Source: Candidatus Eiseniibacteriota bacterium
Lineage (GTDB): Bacteria; Eisenbacteria; RBG-16-71-46; CAVPCR01
Assembly (NCBI GenBank): GCA_963823555.1
Contig: CAWGMA010000002.1
Span: 384,001 to 448,000 of the forward strand
Length of the DNA: 64,000 nt
Direction of reading: 5' to 3'
Shown: one piece after another, positions 29,820 through 40,168 of the stretch
Numbering within the stretch: the stretch's first letter is position 1
Layout: the number at the start of each line of letters is the position of its first letter
Made by a program: the position numbers and the translations under genes
The notes under the pieces: model-generated
What the model saw: only the letters and a program-made list of their open reading frames with translations
Told to the model about the DNA's origin: nothing
The model's database searches: none

Positions 29820-31460
29820 TTACGGAGCGTAAACCACCCGTGTCGCGCCGCGGCCGTCGGGGGGATCGGTCGCGGCGCGGATCCAGTAGACACCGCGCGG
29901 GACGCGACGACCATGGTCGTCGCGCGCATCCCAGGTCGCGCCGCCGGGGCCGCCCCGAAGCGTGCGCACCCGGCGGCCGAGGGCATCGTAAATCGAGAGC
30001 TCGTTCGCGACCAGCCCGCCGGGGATGGTGATGTGCGCGCTCGCGGCAAAGGGATTCGGCGCGACGGTGAGCGCCACGACGGAGGGGGCGGGATCTCCGG
30101 CTGGGATGGCGCTCGGCCCGGACACCCGCCGGTAGACGCGGATCTGATCGACGGTGCCGAGGGCCGTGAGGATCTCCTCGAACCCGTCTGCGCCGTCATC
30201 GGCCAGGGCGAGCCCGCGGATGGGTCCGCCGAGCGCGGGGCGCGCGTAGCTCTCCTCCCAGCTGGCGAGATCCGGGTCATAGGACAGAACCCGCAGATCG
30301 CCGCCGAAGGAGCCGGCAGCAAGGCTCATCGTGCCCGGCACCGTGAGCGGGCGCGCATCGAGCGCGAGCACGTTTCCGGACCAGGCGGTCGCTGTCTCCA
30401 GGCGCAGCGCATAGGCATTCTCGCCCGTGTTCTCGAAGATCGCGACGAAGCTCGATGAACCGAAGGCAAGCTCCGGTCGCCCGTCGTCATCGAGGTCGGC
30501 GACGTGCGGGGCGGTGGGGAGCCCGATCACTGCCGACTGGAAGAGCGTATGGACCCAGGTCTGAGCCGCCGGGTCGTACTCGAGGCGGCGAATGTTGAGC
30601 GGGAATCCAGCCGAGCCGCCGTAGCCGAGGACGATCTCGGGGATGCCATCCTGATCGGTGTCGCCGAGCGCCGCCGAGAAGAGATAGGACGGGGTCGTGT
30701 ACGCGAAGACCCGTGTGTAGAGGTTCTCCCCGATGACGCCGGAGTGCTCCCAGATCGCGACCAGCCCGTCGGTCGGTGCCGAGCCGCCGCAGATGACGAT
30801 GACCTCCTCGCGGCCGTTCAGGTTGGTGTCGCCGATCAGGATCTTGCGCGGGCGTCGCGTCCCGATGGGATCGCTCTCGCGGATCGTGTCGTGAACGAAG
30901 GTGAACCCGCCGGCGGACTCCTCGAACAGCATCACCTTGCCGAACGTCGAGACCTCGGCAGCGAAGATCTCCCCCAGGCCGTCGCCGTCGGTGTCACCGA
31001 AGGCGAAATCGATGTAGGAGCTTGGCGGCGCCGGCGCGCCGGAGTTCCAGATCTCTTCGTAGCTGCCCTGGCCATCGGCGGCGAAGAGATGGATCTGGTT
31101 GGGAGTGAAGTGCGCCCCGGCGAAATCGAAGCGGCCGTCGCGGTCGGCGTCGCCGGCGCCGAGGCCGAGCACATTCGAGAGCGTGGTGCCCGAATCCCAG
31201 ACCGGAGCGAAATCGAGGTCGGAGAGGGCCTGGGCAGTCGCTCCGCCGCCGGATGGGGGAGCGGTCCCGAGGAGGCCATCGGCGTCGAGATCGGCCCGGG
31301 CCGCAGCTTCGCCCGCCGGCAGGAGCTCGTCGACCACGCCATCCCCGTTGATATCAAGGCCGATGAGCGGCTCACCAGCCCCGGGGGTGGCGAGGAGCAG
31401 GCCGAGGACGAGGGCCGGGAAGAGGAGGGCGAGGATGAGGAAACAGGGTTGCCGGTTCAC
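29820..31460 (-). CDS. Secreted FG-GAP-like repeat protein with a C-terminal FlgD-Ig domain
   Basis: Signal peptide; GDADRDGR, GDTDGDGL, GDTNLNGR, GDTDQDGI, ADLDDDGR repeats; VAPNPF...IYDALGRRVRTL...WD...GVYW. GTG start at 31460 inferred. Confidence 0.85.
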   Translation of the reverse strand: MNRQPCFLILALLFPALVLGLLLATPGAGEPLIGLDINGDGVVDELLPAGEAAARADLDADGLLGTAPPSGGGATAQALSDLDFAPVWDSGTTLSNVLGLGAGDADRDGRFDFAGAHFTPNQIHLFAADGQGSYEEIWNSGAPAPPSSYIDFAFGDTDGDGLGEIFAAEVSTFGKVMLFEESAGGFTFVHDTIRESDPIGTRRPRKILIGDTNLNGREEVIVICGGSAPTDGLVAIWEHSGVIGENLYTRVFAYTTPSYLFSAALGDTDQDGIPEIVLGYGGSAGFPLNIRRLEYDPAAQTWVHTLFQSAVIGLPTAPHVADLDDDGRPELAFGSSSFVAIFENTGENAYALRLETATAWSGNVLALDARPLTVPGTMSLAAGSFGGDLRVLSYDPDLASWEESYARPALGGPIRGLALADDGADGFEEILTALGTVDQIRVYRRVSGPSAIPAGDPAPSVVALTVAPNPFAASAHITIPGGLVANELSIYDALGRRVRTLRGGPGGATWDARDDHGRRVPRGVYWIRAATDPPDGRGATRVVYAP

Positions 31461-31600
31461 ATCGTCTATCGTAGCAGGTCCGGGTCGAGGCCAGGCCCAA
31501 CCCCGCCTCGACGGCCGGGCTCGCTGCTGAAACTCAAGCAACTTCATCCGTTACGTAGAATGAGCAAGCCCCCGGCCCGGATCTCGATCCCGATCACCCG

Positions 31601-34141
31601 ATGAGCCAGAGACGCCGCCTCCACCCCCAAGTCCCCTTCTCGGCGCATCTTGTCGCGCTGGCTCTGGCTGTTGCCGTGCCGGCGGTGGCCAATGATCCGC
31701 CCCGGCGCATGGAGGAGCTGACCCCTCCCGACCGGCATCTCTCCTTCTCGGCCAGCGGGATGTGGGGCTATGCCGATGCCACGGGCGAGTACGCGCTCAT
31801 CACCGATGGCGCTTCGCTCCAGGTCGTCGATGTCACGAATCCCGCCCACCCCGTGGTCGCGAGCCGCGTGCAGGGCGTCGGGCGGGATCTCAAGGAGGTC
31901 AAGACCTACCGGCACTACGCCTACTGCGTGAACCAGACCGGCCCCATCCAGATCGTGGATCTCTCGGATCCCTATCATGCCTACACGGCCGCCACGTATG
32001 CCTCGCCCCGGATCCCCGGCTCGCACAACATCTGGTGCAGCGATGACGGGTTCGCCTATGTCGCGCTCCAGGGAGCCGGCAACTCGGATCTCCGCATCCT
32101 CGATCTCGCCGATCCGCTACGCCCGGTCGAGCGCGGGAGCTGGCAGCATCCGCTGCAGAGCGGCTTCCGCTCCTGTCATGACGTCTATGTGAAGGACGAC
32201 GTCTGCTATGCCTCCTGGTTCGGCGGCGGGCTCGTCGTTCTCGATGTCACGAACAAGGACGCCCCGACACCGATCGTGGCCATCGGCTATCCTGATCAGC
32301 ACACGCACAACGCCTGGCCGACGACGGACGGTCGCTATGTCGCCACCACCGACGAGATGGTGGGCGGGCATCTGCGGATCTGGGACCTCGGGAGCGCGCT
32401 GCCCGTGCAAGTGGCGGAGTACGCGACCGAGACCACGGCCATCATCCACAACGTGCACCTGAAGGGCCCGCTGGCCTATATCGCCTACTACACGGCGGGC
32501 GTGCGTGTCGTCGACATGAGCGATGCGACCGCGCCGCGGGAGATCGGTGCCTACGACACGAGCAGCTTCTTCGGCAACGTGTACTCCGGCTGCTGGAGCG
32601 TGTACCCCTATTCACCCTCGGGTCTGCTCTATGCCTCGGATATCCAGGAAGGGTTGTTCGTCCTCCGCTTCCAGGATGAGCCGCAAGGCGTGGCCCGCGG
32701 GCTCGTCCGGGTGGCGGGCGCCGACCAGGCCGTGGTCGCCGGCGCCGAGGTGACCTTCCGCGAGGCCGGCGTGAGAACCGTCACCGACCGTTCGGGCTAC
32801 TTCGAAGCGCATCTCTATCCCGGCATGCACACCGTGCGGGTGACCCACCCCGACATGAAGACCCGCCGCTTCACCATGCACGTGGTCGATGACGAGGCGA
32901 CGACCGAACGCCTGGCCCTCGAGCCGGCGCCCGGCCCGGTACGCTTCGTCGAGCCCCCGGCGGTGAACCAGCTCAGCGATGGCCGGCTCGGGGTGAATGC
33001 TCGCCTGCGCTCGCCGGACACGCCGCTCGATGGGCTCTTCCTCCACTATCGCTCCGGAGCCGCGGGTGCCTTCCGGAGCCTGCCGCTCGCCCGCGTCGCC
33101 GAGAACGACGAGGACTATCGCGCCTTCATTCCGGCTCAGCTCGAGGGGACCCTCATCCAGTTCTTCGTCGAGGCCGCAGCCGGGGACACCATCGTCTTCG
33201 CGCCGGCCGATGCCCCGGTGACGCTCACGAGCTTCCGGGTCGGCGAGGTCGAGTGGGAGCCCGTTCTCGCCGCCGATTTCGAGGCGGGGGTGTTCGACTT
33301 CACGGTCGGTGCTGCCGAGGACTACGGGGAGCGCGGCCGCTTCGAGCGGGCGCGCCCGGTGGCCGGGCCGCTGGACTCGGTGCGATTCGGTGGCCGCCTG
33401 GCCCAGCCCACCGCCGATGCCACGCCCGGGGAAGGCCCGGGATACTGCTTCCTCACCGAGCTCGGTGCGACCGGGGCCGCCCCCGGGGATCACGAGCTCC
33501 AGGGTCGCACCACCCTCACCTCGCCGGCGGTGGATCTCGCCGGCGCCGAGGCGGCGCGGCTCCGGGTCGCGGTCTGGCTCGTCAACGACCTCGGCGGCAG
33601 CCTGTGGCAGGACCCGCTCCGGATCGAGGGCTCCGCCGATGGCGGCGCCACGTGGCGCCTGCTCGAATCGCTCCGCCTGCTCGCCCCCGGCTGGCAGGAG
33701 ATCACCGTCGATCTCGGGAGCCGGCTCGATCTCGCCGGCGCCATCCGCGTGCGCTTCGTGGTCGAGGACGCGGTGTCGCCGAGCTTCGTCGAGGCGGCCA
33801 TCGATGACGTGCGGATCGAGGTCACGAGCGGGCTCACCGCGCCGCAATCCGCCGCCGGGAACGGCGTGGTCCTCCTGCGCCAGAACGTGCCGAACCCGTT
33901 CAACCCGACGACCACCATCACTTACCAGCTGCTCGAGCCGCGCCCGGTGCGGCTCGTCGTCTATGATGCCGCCGGGCGCCTGGTCCGGGAGCTCATCGAC
34001 CGCATCGAGCCGGCCGGGGATCACGCGGTCCGCTGGGACGGGCGGGGCGAGCGCGGGTTCAGCGCCCCGAACGGAGTCTACTTCTATCGGCTCTCGGCGG
34101 GAGACTTCACGGATACGCGCAAGATGTTGCTGATGAAATGA
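31601..34141 (+). CDS. Choice-of-anchor B / LVIVD-repeat secreted protein with a C-terminal FlgD-Ig domain (paralogue 1)
   Basis: MWGY...EYAL, LQVVDVTNP, HNIW, CHD, HNAW, GCWSVYPY; QNVPNPFNPTT tail. Confidence 0.88.
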   Translation: MSQRRRLHPQVPFSAHLVALALAVAVPAVANDPPRRMEELTPPDRHLSFSASGMWGYADATGEYALITDGASLQVVDVTNPAHPVVASRVQGVGRDLKEVKTYRHYAYCVNQTGPIQIVDLSDPYHAYTAATYASPRIPGSHNIWCSDDGFAYVALQGAGNSDLRILDLADPLRPVERGSWQHPLQSGFRSCHDVYVKDDVCYASWFGGGLVVLDVTNKDAPTPIVAIGYPDQHTHNAWPTTDGRYVATTDEMVGGHLRIWDLGSALPVQVAEYATETTAIIHNVHLKGPLAYIAYYTAGVRVVDMSDATAPREIGAYDTSSFFGNVYSGCWSVYPYSPSGLLYASDIQEGLFVLRFQDEPQGVARGLVRVAGADQAVVAGAEVTFREAGVRTVTDRSGYFEAHLYPGMHTVRVTHPDMKTRRFTMHVVDDEATTERLALEPAPGPVRFVEPPAVNQLSDGRLGVNARLRSPDTPLDGLFLHYRSGAAGAFRSLPLARVAENDEDYRAFIPAQLEGTLIQFFVEAAAGDTIVFAPADAPVTLTSFRVGEVEWEPVLAADFEAGVFDFTVGAAEDYGERGRFERARPVAGPLDSVRFGGRLAQPTADATPGEGPGYCFLTELGATGAAPGDHELQGRTTLTSPAVDLAGAEAARLRVAVWLVNDLGGSLWQDPLRIEGSADGGATWRLLESLRLLAPGWQEITVDLGSRLDLAGAIRVRFVVEDAVSPSFVEAAIDDVRIEVTSGLTAPQSAAGNGVVLLRQNVPNPFNPTTTITYQLLEPRPVRLVVYDAAGRLVRELIDRIEPAGDHAVRWDGRGERGFSAPNGVYFYRLSAGDFTDTRKMLLMK

Positions 34142-34301
34142 CGGCCGCTGGAGTCGCGGCCCGGCCCGGAGCGGGTTGCTCCCGGCGCCGGCGCGTGGCA
34201 TACTGGCCTCGCGAATGGTGCCCACGCCGGTCCCCCTCGCCGCGCCCCCCCGCTGGCTGCCGGCATGAACGCTGACTCTCAAACCCGAGCCCAATGAAGA
34301 G

Positions 34302-36869
34302 GTGTTTGCTTCCATGACGGGGTACTGCTGCCATCCCGCCGCCCGCTGGCTGCTCTTGGCCGGGGTCTTTCTCGGCAGCCTTGCGCCCCGGGAGGGCGCG
34401 GCCGAGGATCCGCCGTACCGGATCGAGGAGGTCACGGCGGAGGGGAACCGCATCGCGACCTCCGGCAAGGACGTCTGGGGGTACGCCGACGCCAGCGGCG
34501 AGTACGCGCTCGTGACCGACGGGGTCTCGCTCCTGGTGGTCGATGTTACCGACCCGGTCACGCCGGTCGTGGCCACCCGCGTCCCGACCGTCGCCTACGA
34601 CATGAAGGACGTGAAGACCTACAAGCACTACGCCTACTGCGTCAACCAGGGCGGGCCGATCCAGATCGTCGATCTCTCCGATCCCTATCATGCCTACACG
34701 GCCGCCACCTTCTCCTCCCCGAACATTCCCGGCGCGCACAACATCTGGTGCTCGGAGGACGGCTTCGCCTATGTGGCCCTGATGGGGGCCGGCAACTCGG
34801 ATCTACGCATCCTCGACCTCGCCGATCCGTTGCACCCGGTCGAACGCGGTGGCTGGCAGCACATCGAGCAAGGCGGTCTCCTGGCCTGCCACGATGTCTA
34901 CGTGCGGAACGACACCTGCTATGCCTCGTGGTTCGGCGCCGGTCTCTACATCCTCGATGTCTCGGACAAGGATCACCCGCGCCGGCTGCAGAATATCCTC
35001 TACCCGGATCGGGCCACTCACAACGCCTGGCCTACCGTCGACAGTCAGCATGTCTTCACCACCGACGAGCGGAACGGCGGGCATCTCCTGGTGTGGGGGC
35101 TCGACGGCCGGTATGCCAGCCCGGTCGGTGAATACATGACCGAGGGGACGGCGATCATTCACAATGCTCACGTCAAGGGCGATCGCATCTACATCTCCTA
35201 CTACACGGCGGGGGTGCGGATCGCGGATATCACCGACCCCCGGAACCCGGTCGAGGTCGGGCGGTTCGATACCAGCCGCTACTCGGGCCCGCGCTTCGCC
35301 GGATGCTGGGGTATGTATCCCTACGCCCCATCCGGACTGATCTATGCCTCCGACATGGAGGAGGGGCTCTTCGTCCTGCGTTACCTCGATTCCGATGACG
35401 GCATCGCCCGCGGGTTCGTTCGCATCCACGGCGCGGAGAGCGCCCGGCTCGAGGGGGCCGAGATCCGCTTCGTCGAGTCGGGGGTGCGCGCGGTGAGCGA
35501 TCGCACCGGCTACTACCAGGCCGCGCTCTACCCCGGCACGCATACCGTCCGGGTGAGCCACCCCGCTTTCCACGAGGAGTCGTTCACGGTGGCGGTCGAG
35601 GCGCGGGGAGCGGTCGCGCAGGACGTGTTCCTCGATCCGCTGTCCGGGCCGCCGGCATTCGTGGCCGAGCCGGCGGCGCCGGTGGTGCTCGGGGACGGCC
35701 GGTTGCGCGTGGTGGCGACCGTGCGCGAGCACGGGTCGCCGATCTCAGACGTCATGCTGCGTTACCGTTCGGGCGGGGCCGGCGGGTTCCTCGGTGTGCC
35801 CATGGAGCGGGTCGAGGCCGGCGGTGAGGAGTTCGCGGGCGCCATCCCGACGCAGCTGCCGGGGACGCTCGTCCAGTACTTCATCGAGGTCGCGGACGAG
35901 GCGGGGGTTTCCGTGTTCTCACCGGCTGAAGCACCCGAGCTCCTCTCGAGCTACCGCGTCGGGGATCTCGATTGGAATGTGGTCTACGCCACCGACTTCG
36001 AGACCGATAGCGGCGGGTTCACCATCGGGTCAACCGCCGACCGTGGTGAGCGGGGTGTGTGGGAGCGCGCCATTCCCCATGCGGTGTATCCCGATTCGAT
36101 CCTCATCGATGGACGCTTGACGCAGCCGAACCTGGATGCGACTCCGGGCGATGGGCCGGGCTACTGCCTCCTGACCGAGCTCGGCCGCGAGGGAATCGAG
36201 TCGCAACATGAGCTGTATCCTCACGAGGTGGAGGGCCGGACGACACTGACCTCGCCCGTCATCGATCTCGGCGAGGCGGTCGCGGTCAGGCTCGAGTGTT
36301 CGGTCTGGTACGTCAACGATCTCGGCGGGAGCAGCTGGCAGGATCCAATCCTCGTCGAGGGCTCGACCGACGGCGGGCTGAGCTGGCGCGTCATCGCCGC
36401 GGAGCGAGTCGTGGCGCCCGGATGGCAGCGGATGGCGATCGATCTCGGTAGCCGGCTCCAGCTCGGGCGCGAGCTCATGATTCGCTTCGTCGCCACCGAT
36501 GAGGTGAGCCCGAGCCTGATCGAGGCGGCCGTCGACGATGTGCGGGTCATGACGACGCAGGGGTACGGCCCGGGAGTCGCCGGGGAGACGCCTCCGGTGC
36601 TCCTCAGGCAGAACCTGCCGAACCCCTTCAATCCCTCGACCACGATCACCTTCCAGCTCAAGGAGCCGCGCCAGGTCCAGCTCGAGGTCTATGATGTGGC
36701 CGGGCGCCTGGTCCGCCGTCTCGTGGATGGGAATCAGCCGGCGGGCGATCATGCCGCCGTATGGGATGGCCGCGACGTGCGCGGGTTCACCGCTCCCTCG
36801 GGCGTCTACTTCTATCGACTGTCGGCGCAGGACATCACTGATACGCGCAAGATGCTGCTGATCAAGTAG
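34302..36869 (+). CDS. Choice-of-anchor B / LVIVD-repeat secreted protein with a C-terminal FlgD-Ig domain (paralogue 2)
   Basis: Collinear with 31601..34141 over its whole length, with the same motifs. Start approximate. Confidence 0.88.
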   Translation: MFASMTGYCCHPAARWLLLAGVFLGSLAPREGAAEDPPYRIEEVTAEGNRIATSGKDVWGYADASGEYALVTDGVSLLVVDVTDPVTPVVATRVPTVAYDMKDVKTYKHYAYCVNQGGPIQIVDLSDPYHAYTAATFSSPNIPGAHNIWCSEDGFAYVALMGAGNSDLRILDLADPLHPVERGGWQHIEQGGLLACHDVYVRNDTCYASWFGAGLYILDVSDKDHPRRLQNILYPDRATHNAWPTVDSQHVFTTDERNGGHLLVWGLDGRYASPVGEYMTEGTAIIHNAHVKGDRIYISYYTAGVRIADITDPRNPVEVGRFDTSRYSGPRFAGCWGMYPYAPSGLIYASDMEEGLFVLRYLDSDDGIARGFVRIHGAESARLEGAEIRFVESGVRAVSDRTGYYQAALYPGTHTVRVSHPAFHEESFTVAVEARGAVAQDVFLDPLSGPPAFVAEPAAPVVLGDGRLRVVATVREHGSPISDVMLRYRSGGAGGFLGVPMERVEAGGEEFAGAIPTQLPGTLVQYFIEVADEAGVSVFSPAEAPELLSSYRVGDLDWNVVYATDFETDSGGFTIGSTADRGERGVWERAIPHAVYPDSILIDGRLTQPNLDATPGDGPGYCLLTELGREGIESQHELYPHEVEGRTTLTSPVIDLGEAVAVRLECSVWYVNDLGGSSWQDPILVEGSTDGGLSWRVIAAERVVAPGWQRMAIDLGSRLQLGRELMIRFVATDEVSPSLIEAAVDDVRVMTTQGYGPGVAGETPPVLLRQNLPNPFNPSTTITFQLKEPRQVQLEVYDVAGRLVRRLVDGNQPAGDHAAVWDGRDVRGFTAPSGVYFYRLSAQDITDTRKMLLIK

Positions 36870-36902
36870 GCCGCTGCACAGCAGCGGTGGGGCGGCAAGG
36901 GA

Positions 36903-38849
36903 TCAGCGCGCCGGCGGCGGAACCTGCGGGGCGAGCCTGGGGTCGAGCTCGACGGCGCGGGCAAAGGCGCCCCGCGCGCCCTCCCGATCACCCCCGGCGA
37001 GGAGCGCGATCCCCAGGTTGAAGTGCGCCTGGGCGTAGTCCGGGCGCACCTGGATGGCGCGCTCGATCGATGCCCGCGCCTCCTCCTGCCGGCCGAGGCG
37101 GCCGAGAATGAGTCCGCGATTGGACAGGGCCTCCGCATTCGCTGGATCAGCCGCGACCGCCCGGTCGAGGTAGCCGAGCGCCCTCTCGAGATCCCCGTCT
37201 CCCGCGACGATCACCGCCAGGTTGTTGAGCGCCCGGGCGTGACGTGGGTCGATGCGCACGGCGGCCTCGAAGGCGGCGCGCGCGCCGGCGAGATCCCCCG
37301 CCTGCTGGCGCACCACGCCCAGGTTGTGGCGGGCCTCGGCGTCGGCCGGCGACTGCGTGATCGCCGAGGCATAGAGCGATTCCGCCGCCGCCGTCTGCCC
37401 GAGCCGCGCCATGGCATTGGCCAGGTTGATCCGCGCCTCGGGATAGTCGGGGCGGATCTCGAGCGCTCGCCGGTAATGCTCGAGCGCGGCAGCATGCTCA
37501 CCGCGCCCGGCCAGCACCTCTCCGAGATTGGCATGGGCGACAGCGGCCCGCGGGTTCTTCTCGAGGGTGTCGCGCCAGAGCTGCTCCGAGCTCTGCCAGA
37601 CCGGGAGCCGAGCTCGCGTGGCCGCGCCCGCCGCGCCGCCGAGCACCATGGCAGCGACGATGATGGCGAGTGTGGCGCGCGGCGCCGGGGCGAAGCGCTT
37701 CGCAGCGACCGCGATCGCGAGGGCGGCGAGCCCCGCGAAGCCGACCGAGCTCACATAGAGGAAGCGATCGGCGAGGAGATGGGGGAGCGGCACCAGGTTC
37801 GAGACCGGCAGGAGCCCGATCAGGTACCACGCGGCAAGGAACACCGCGCGCGGAGCGCGGTGCCGCGCGCGGACCACGATCGCGATCAACGCGACGAGCG
37901 CCAGCCCGGCGGCGATGACGCTCGGTTCGATGGTCGATGTGGCAACCGGCGGATCGTAGATCGCCGAGAGCCGGCGCGGCGCGAGAAGATTCGCGACCCC
38001 GAGCCAGAAGACGCGGAGCATGGTCGCCACGGTGAGCTCGAGGCTCCCGCCCCATGGGGCCTTGATACCGCCCGCCTCGCCCTGGGTTGCGAGGGTGACG
38101 AGTCCGGCGGCCAGGCTGAGCGCGAGGTAGGGGACGGCGCGCCACCAGGCTCGGCGCGCCGGCTCGCGATCGAGGAGCGTCCACGCTGCGATGAGGAGGA
38201 GCGGCAGGACGACGACGGTCGCCTTGGCCATGAGCGCGAGAGCGAAGAGCGCGAGCGCGATCACGTGGCGCGGGAGGGCGTTCGTGCCGCGAGCGCTCCG
38301 CGCCACGAGGAAGGCGGCGAGCATGAGCGGGAGCGAGAGCACGTTCTTCCGCTCCGCCACCCAGGCCACCGATTCCGCCTGGATCGGGTGCAGGAGGAAG
38401 AGGAGCGCGCCGGCAAAGGCGGGACTCCGTTGCCCGAAGACGCTCCTCAGGAGGAGGTAGACAAGGAGGCCGGCGATGAGATGAAGAAGGAGGTTGGTCG
38501 CGTGGTAGACACTGGGGTCGAGCCCGCCGATCGCGTGGTCGACCGCGTAGGAGAAAAGAGTGAGCGGTGCCCAGTTGGCGACGACGACGGTCGAGAGCGA
38601 GAACAGACGGAGGACGGCCATCGGTTCGAGCGTGCGGATGACGGGGTTCTCGCTCACATAGGCCTGATCGTCCCAGTTGAGGAAGGGAAACTCGATGACC
38701 GGCGCCCAGATCGCGAGTCCGGCCACGAATAGGATCACGAGGGCGACGGCGTCACGCCGGTCGAAGCCGGCGGGCGGTCGTGAACGCCCCCGCGCGGCCG
38801 CCGGTCTCGGGTTCGCCCGCGGCCCTGGTTTTCTGCCTTTCCCCTTCAC
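36903..38849 (-). CDS. TMTC-like GT-C membrane glycosyltransferase with C-terminal TPRs
   Basis: WDD acidic motif in the first loop, YHATNLLLH, HPIQAESVAWVAERK, ADRFLY, W..SE.LW, then about six TPRs. Confidence 0.9.
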   Translation of the reverse strand: MKGKGRKPGPRANPRPAAARGRSRPPAGFDRRDAVALVILFVAGLAIWAPVIEFPFLNWDDQAYVSENPVIRTLEPMAVLRLFSLSTVVVANWAPLTLFSYAVDHAIGGLDPSVYHATNLLLHLIAGLLVYLLLRSVFGQRSPAFAGALLFLLHPIQAESVAWVAERKNVLSLPLMLAAFLVARSARGTNALPRHVIALALFALALMAKATVVVLPLLLIAAWTLLDREPARRAWWRAVPYLALSLAAGLVTLATQGEAGGIKAPWGGSLELTVATMLRVFWLGVANLLAPRRLSAIYDPPVATSTIEPSVIAAGLALVALIAIVVRARHRAPRAVFLAAWYLIGLLPVSNLVPLPHLLADRFLYVSSVGFAGLAALAIAVAAKRFAPAPRATLAIIVAAMVLGGAAGAATRARLPVWQSSEQLWRDTLEKNPRAAVAHANLGEVLAGRGEHAAALEHYRRALEIRPDYPEARINLANAMARLGQTAAAESLYASAITQSPADAEARHNLGVVRQQAGDLAGARAAFEAAVRIDPRHARALNNLAVIVAGDGDLERALGYLDRAVAADPANAEALSNRGLILGRLGRQEEARASIERAIQVRPDYAQAHFNLGIALLAGGDREGARGAFARAVELDPRLAPQVPPPAR

Positions 38850-40168
38850 TTGATCTCCGCCGGCACCGTGCCCGCGGGAGCGGTGGGCCGGGCCGCTGGA
38901 ACCCCACCCGCGCCCGCCACCGGCACGAGTGCCTCCTCCCGCCGATAGCTGCGGAGTTCAGGAGTCTTCCACGCTATCCAGCCGGTAGCCGCCAGACATC
39001 CGATGCCGCCCGTCACCACCGACAGCGGGGCGCCGAAGCCCTGCGCCACCAGTCCCGCCTCGAGCTCGCCGAGCTGCGGCCCACCCATGAAGAAGATCAT
39101 GTTGACGCTCGTCATCCGTCCCCGCAAGTGGTCGGGCGTGGCGAGATGCCGGATCACGTTGCGGAGCACCATGCTCACCGTATCGCTGGCCCCGGTGAGA
39201 GCGAGACAGGCAAAGGTGAGCGCGAAGGACCGCGACAGGCCGAAGCCGATGGTGGCGAGCCCGTAGACGAGAACCGCCCACAGGAGCCACGCCCCGCGCC
39301 GGTTGATGCGATCGACGAGCCGCACCATGAGGGCCCCGGTCACCACCGCCCCCACCGACGGCGCGGCATAGAGCCAGCCGTATCCCTTGGGGCCCACGGC
39401 GAGGATGTCCTGGGCGAAGATGGGCAGGAGGGCGGTCGCCGAGGAGAAGAAGGTGGCGAAGAAGTCGAGGAGCATGGAGGAGCGGATGAGCGGTGCGGCG
39501 AAGACGAAGCGGAGGCCCTCGAGGCCGGCGCGCCAGCTGATCTGGGCGGCCAGGCCGCCCGCGCGCTCGGGGATGTCGCGCATGGCGATGAGGGCGCCGA
39601 TCACGGCGAGGAAGGTGACGCCGTTGATCGCGTAGACCCAGCCGACGCCGAGGGTGGCGATGACGATGCCGCCGATCGACGGCCCGAGCACCGCCGCCAC
39701 CTGGAACATGATCGCGTTCAGGCTGAGCGCGTTCGGCAGATGCGCGCGCGGCACCAGGCTCGGGATGAGCGACTGCCGCGCCGGACCGTCGAACGAGATC
39801 GCCGCCGATCCCAGGGCGGCGAGCACGTAGATCGGCCACAAGCTCGAGACCCCGAGAAAGGTGATGGCGGCGAGAACTCCTGCCGAGATCGCCATCGCCG
39901 ACTGGGTGAGGAGGAGGAGCCGGCGGCGATCGACGGCGTCCGCTACCACCCCGCCGACGAGCGAGAAGGCGATGATGGGGATGACGCGGACGAGGCCGAC
40001 GAGACCGAGCGCGATCCCCTTCTTGTCGGCCGGAACCAGCAGCGAGACGTGCCAGAGGATGGCGGCCGTCTGCATCATCGATCCGGCGAAGGAGACGAAC
40101 TGCGACGACCAGAGGAGGCGGAAGTTGCGGTGCTGGAGAGCGAGGAGTGAGCTCGGGAGACGTCGCAC
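38846..40168 (-). CDS. MFS transporter (EntS/DHA3-like)
   Basis: HRNFRLLW, GGVVADAVDRRRLL, PARQSLIPSLVP, TPDHLRGR. GTG start at 40168 inferred; the ORF extends to 40237. Confidence 0.9.
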   Translation of the reverse strand: MRRLPSSLLALQHRNFRLLWSSQFVSFAGSMMQTAAILWHVSLLVPADKKGIALGLVGLVRVIPIIAFSLVGGVVADAVDRRRLLLLTQSAMAISAGVLAAITFLGVSSLWPIYVLAALGSAAISFDGPARQSLIPSLVPRAHLPNALSLNAIMFQVAAVLGPSIGGIVIATLGVGWVYAINGVTFLAVIGALIAMRDIPERAGGLAAQISWRAGLEGLRFVFAAPLIRSSMLLDFFATFFSSATALLPIFAQDILAVGPKGYGWLYAAPSVGAVVTGALMVRLVDRINRRGAWLLWAVLVYGLATIGFGLSRSFALTFACLALTGASDTVSMVLRNVIRHLATPDHLRGRMTSVNMIFFMGGPQLGELEAGLVAQGFGAPLSVVTGGIGCLAATGWIAWKTPELRSYRREEALVPVAGAGGVPAARPTAPAGTVPAEIK

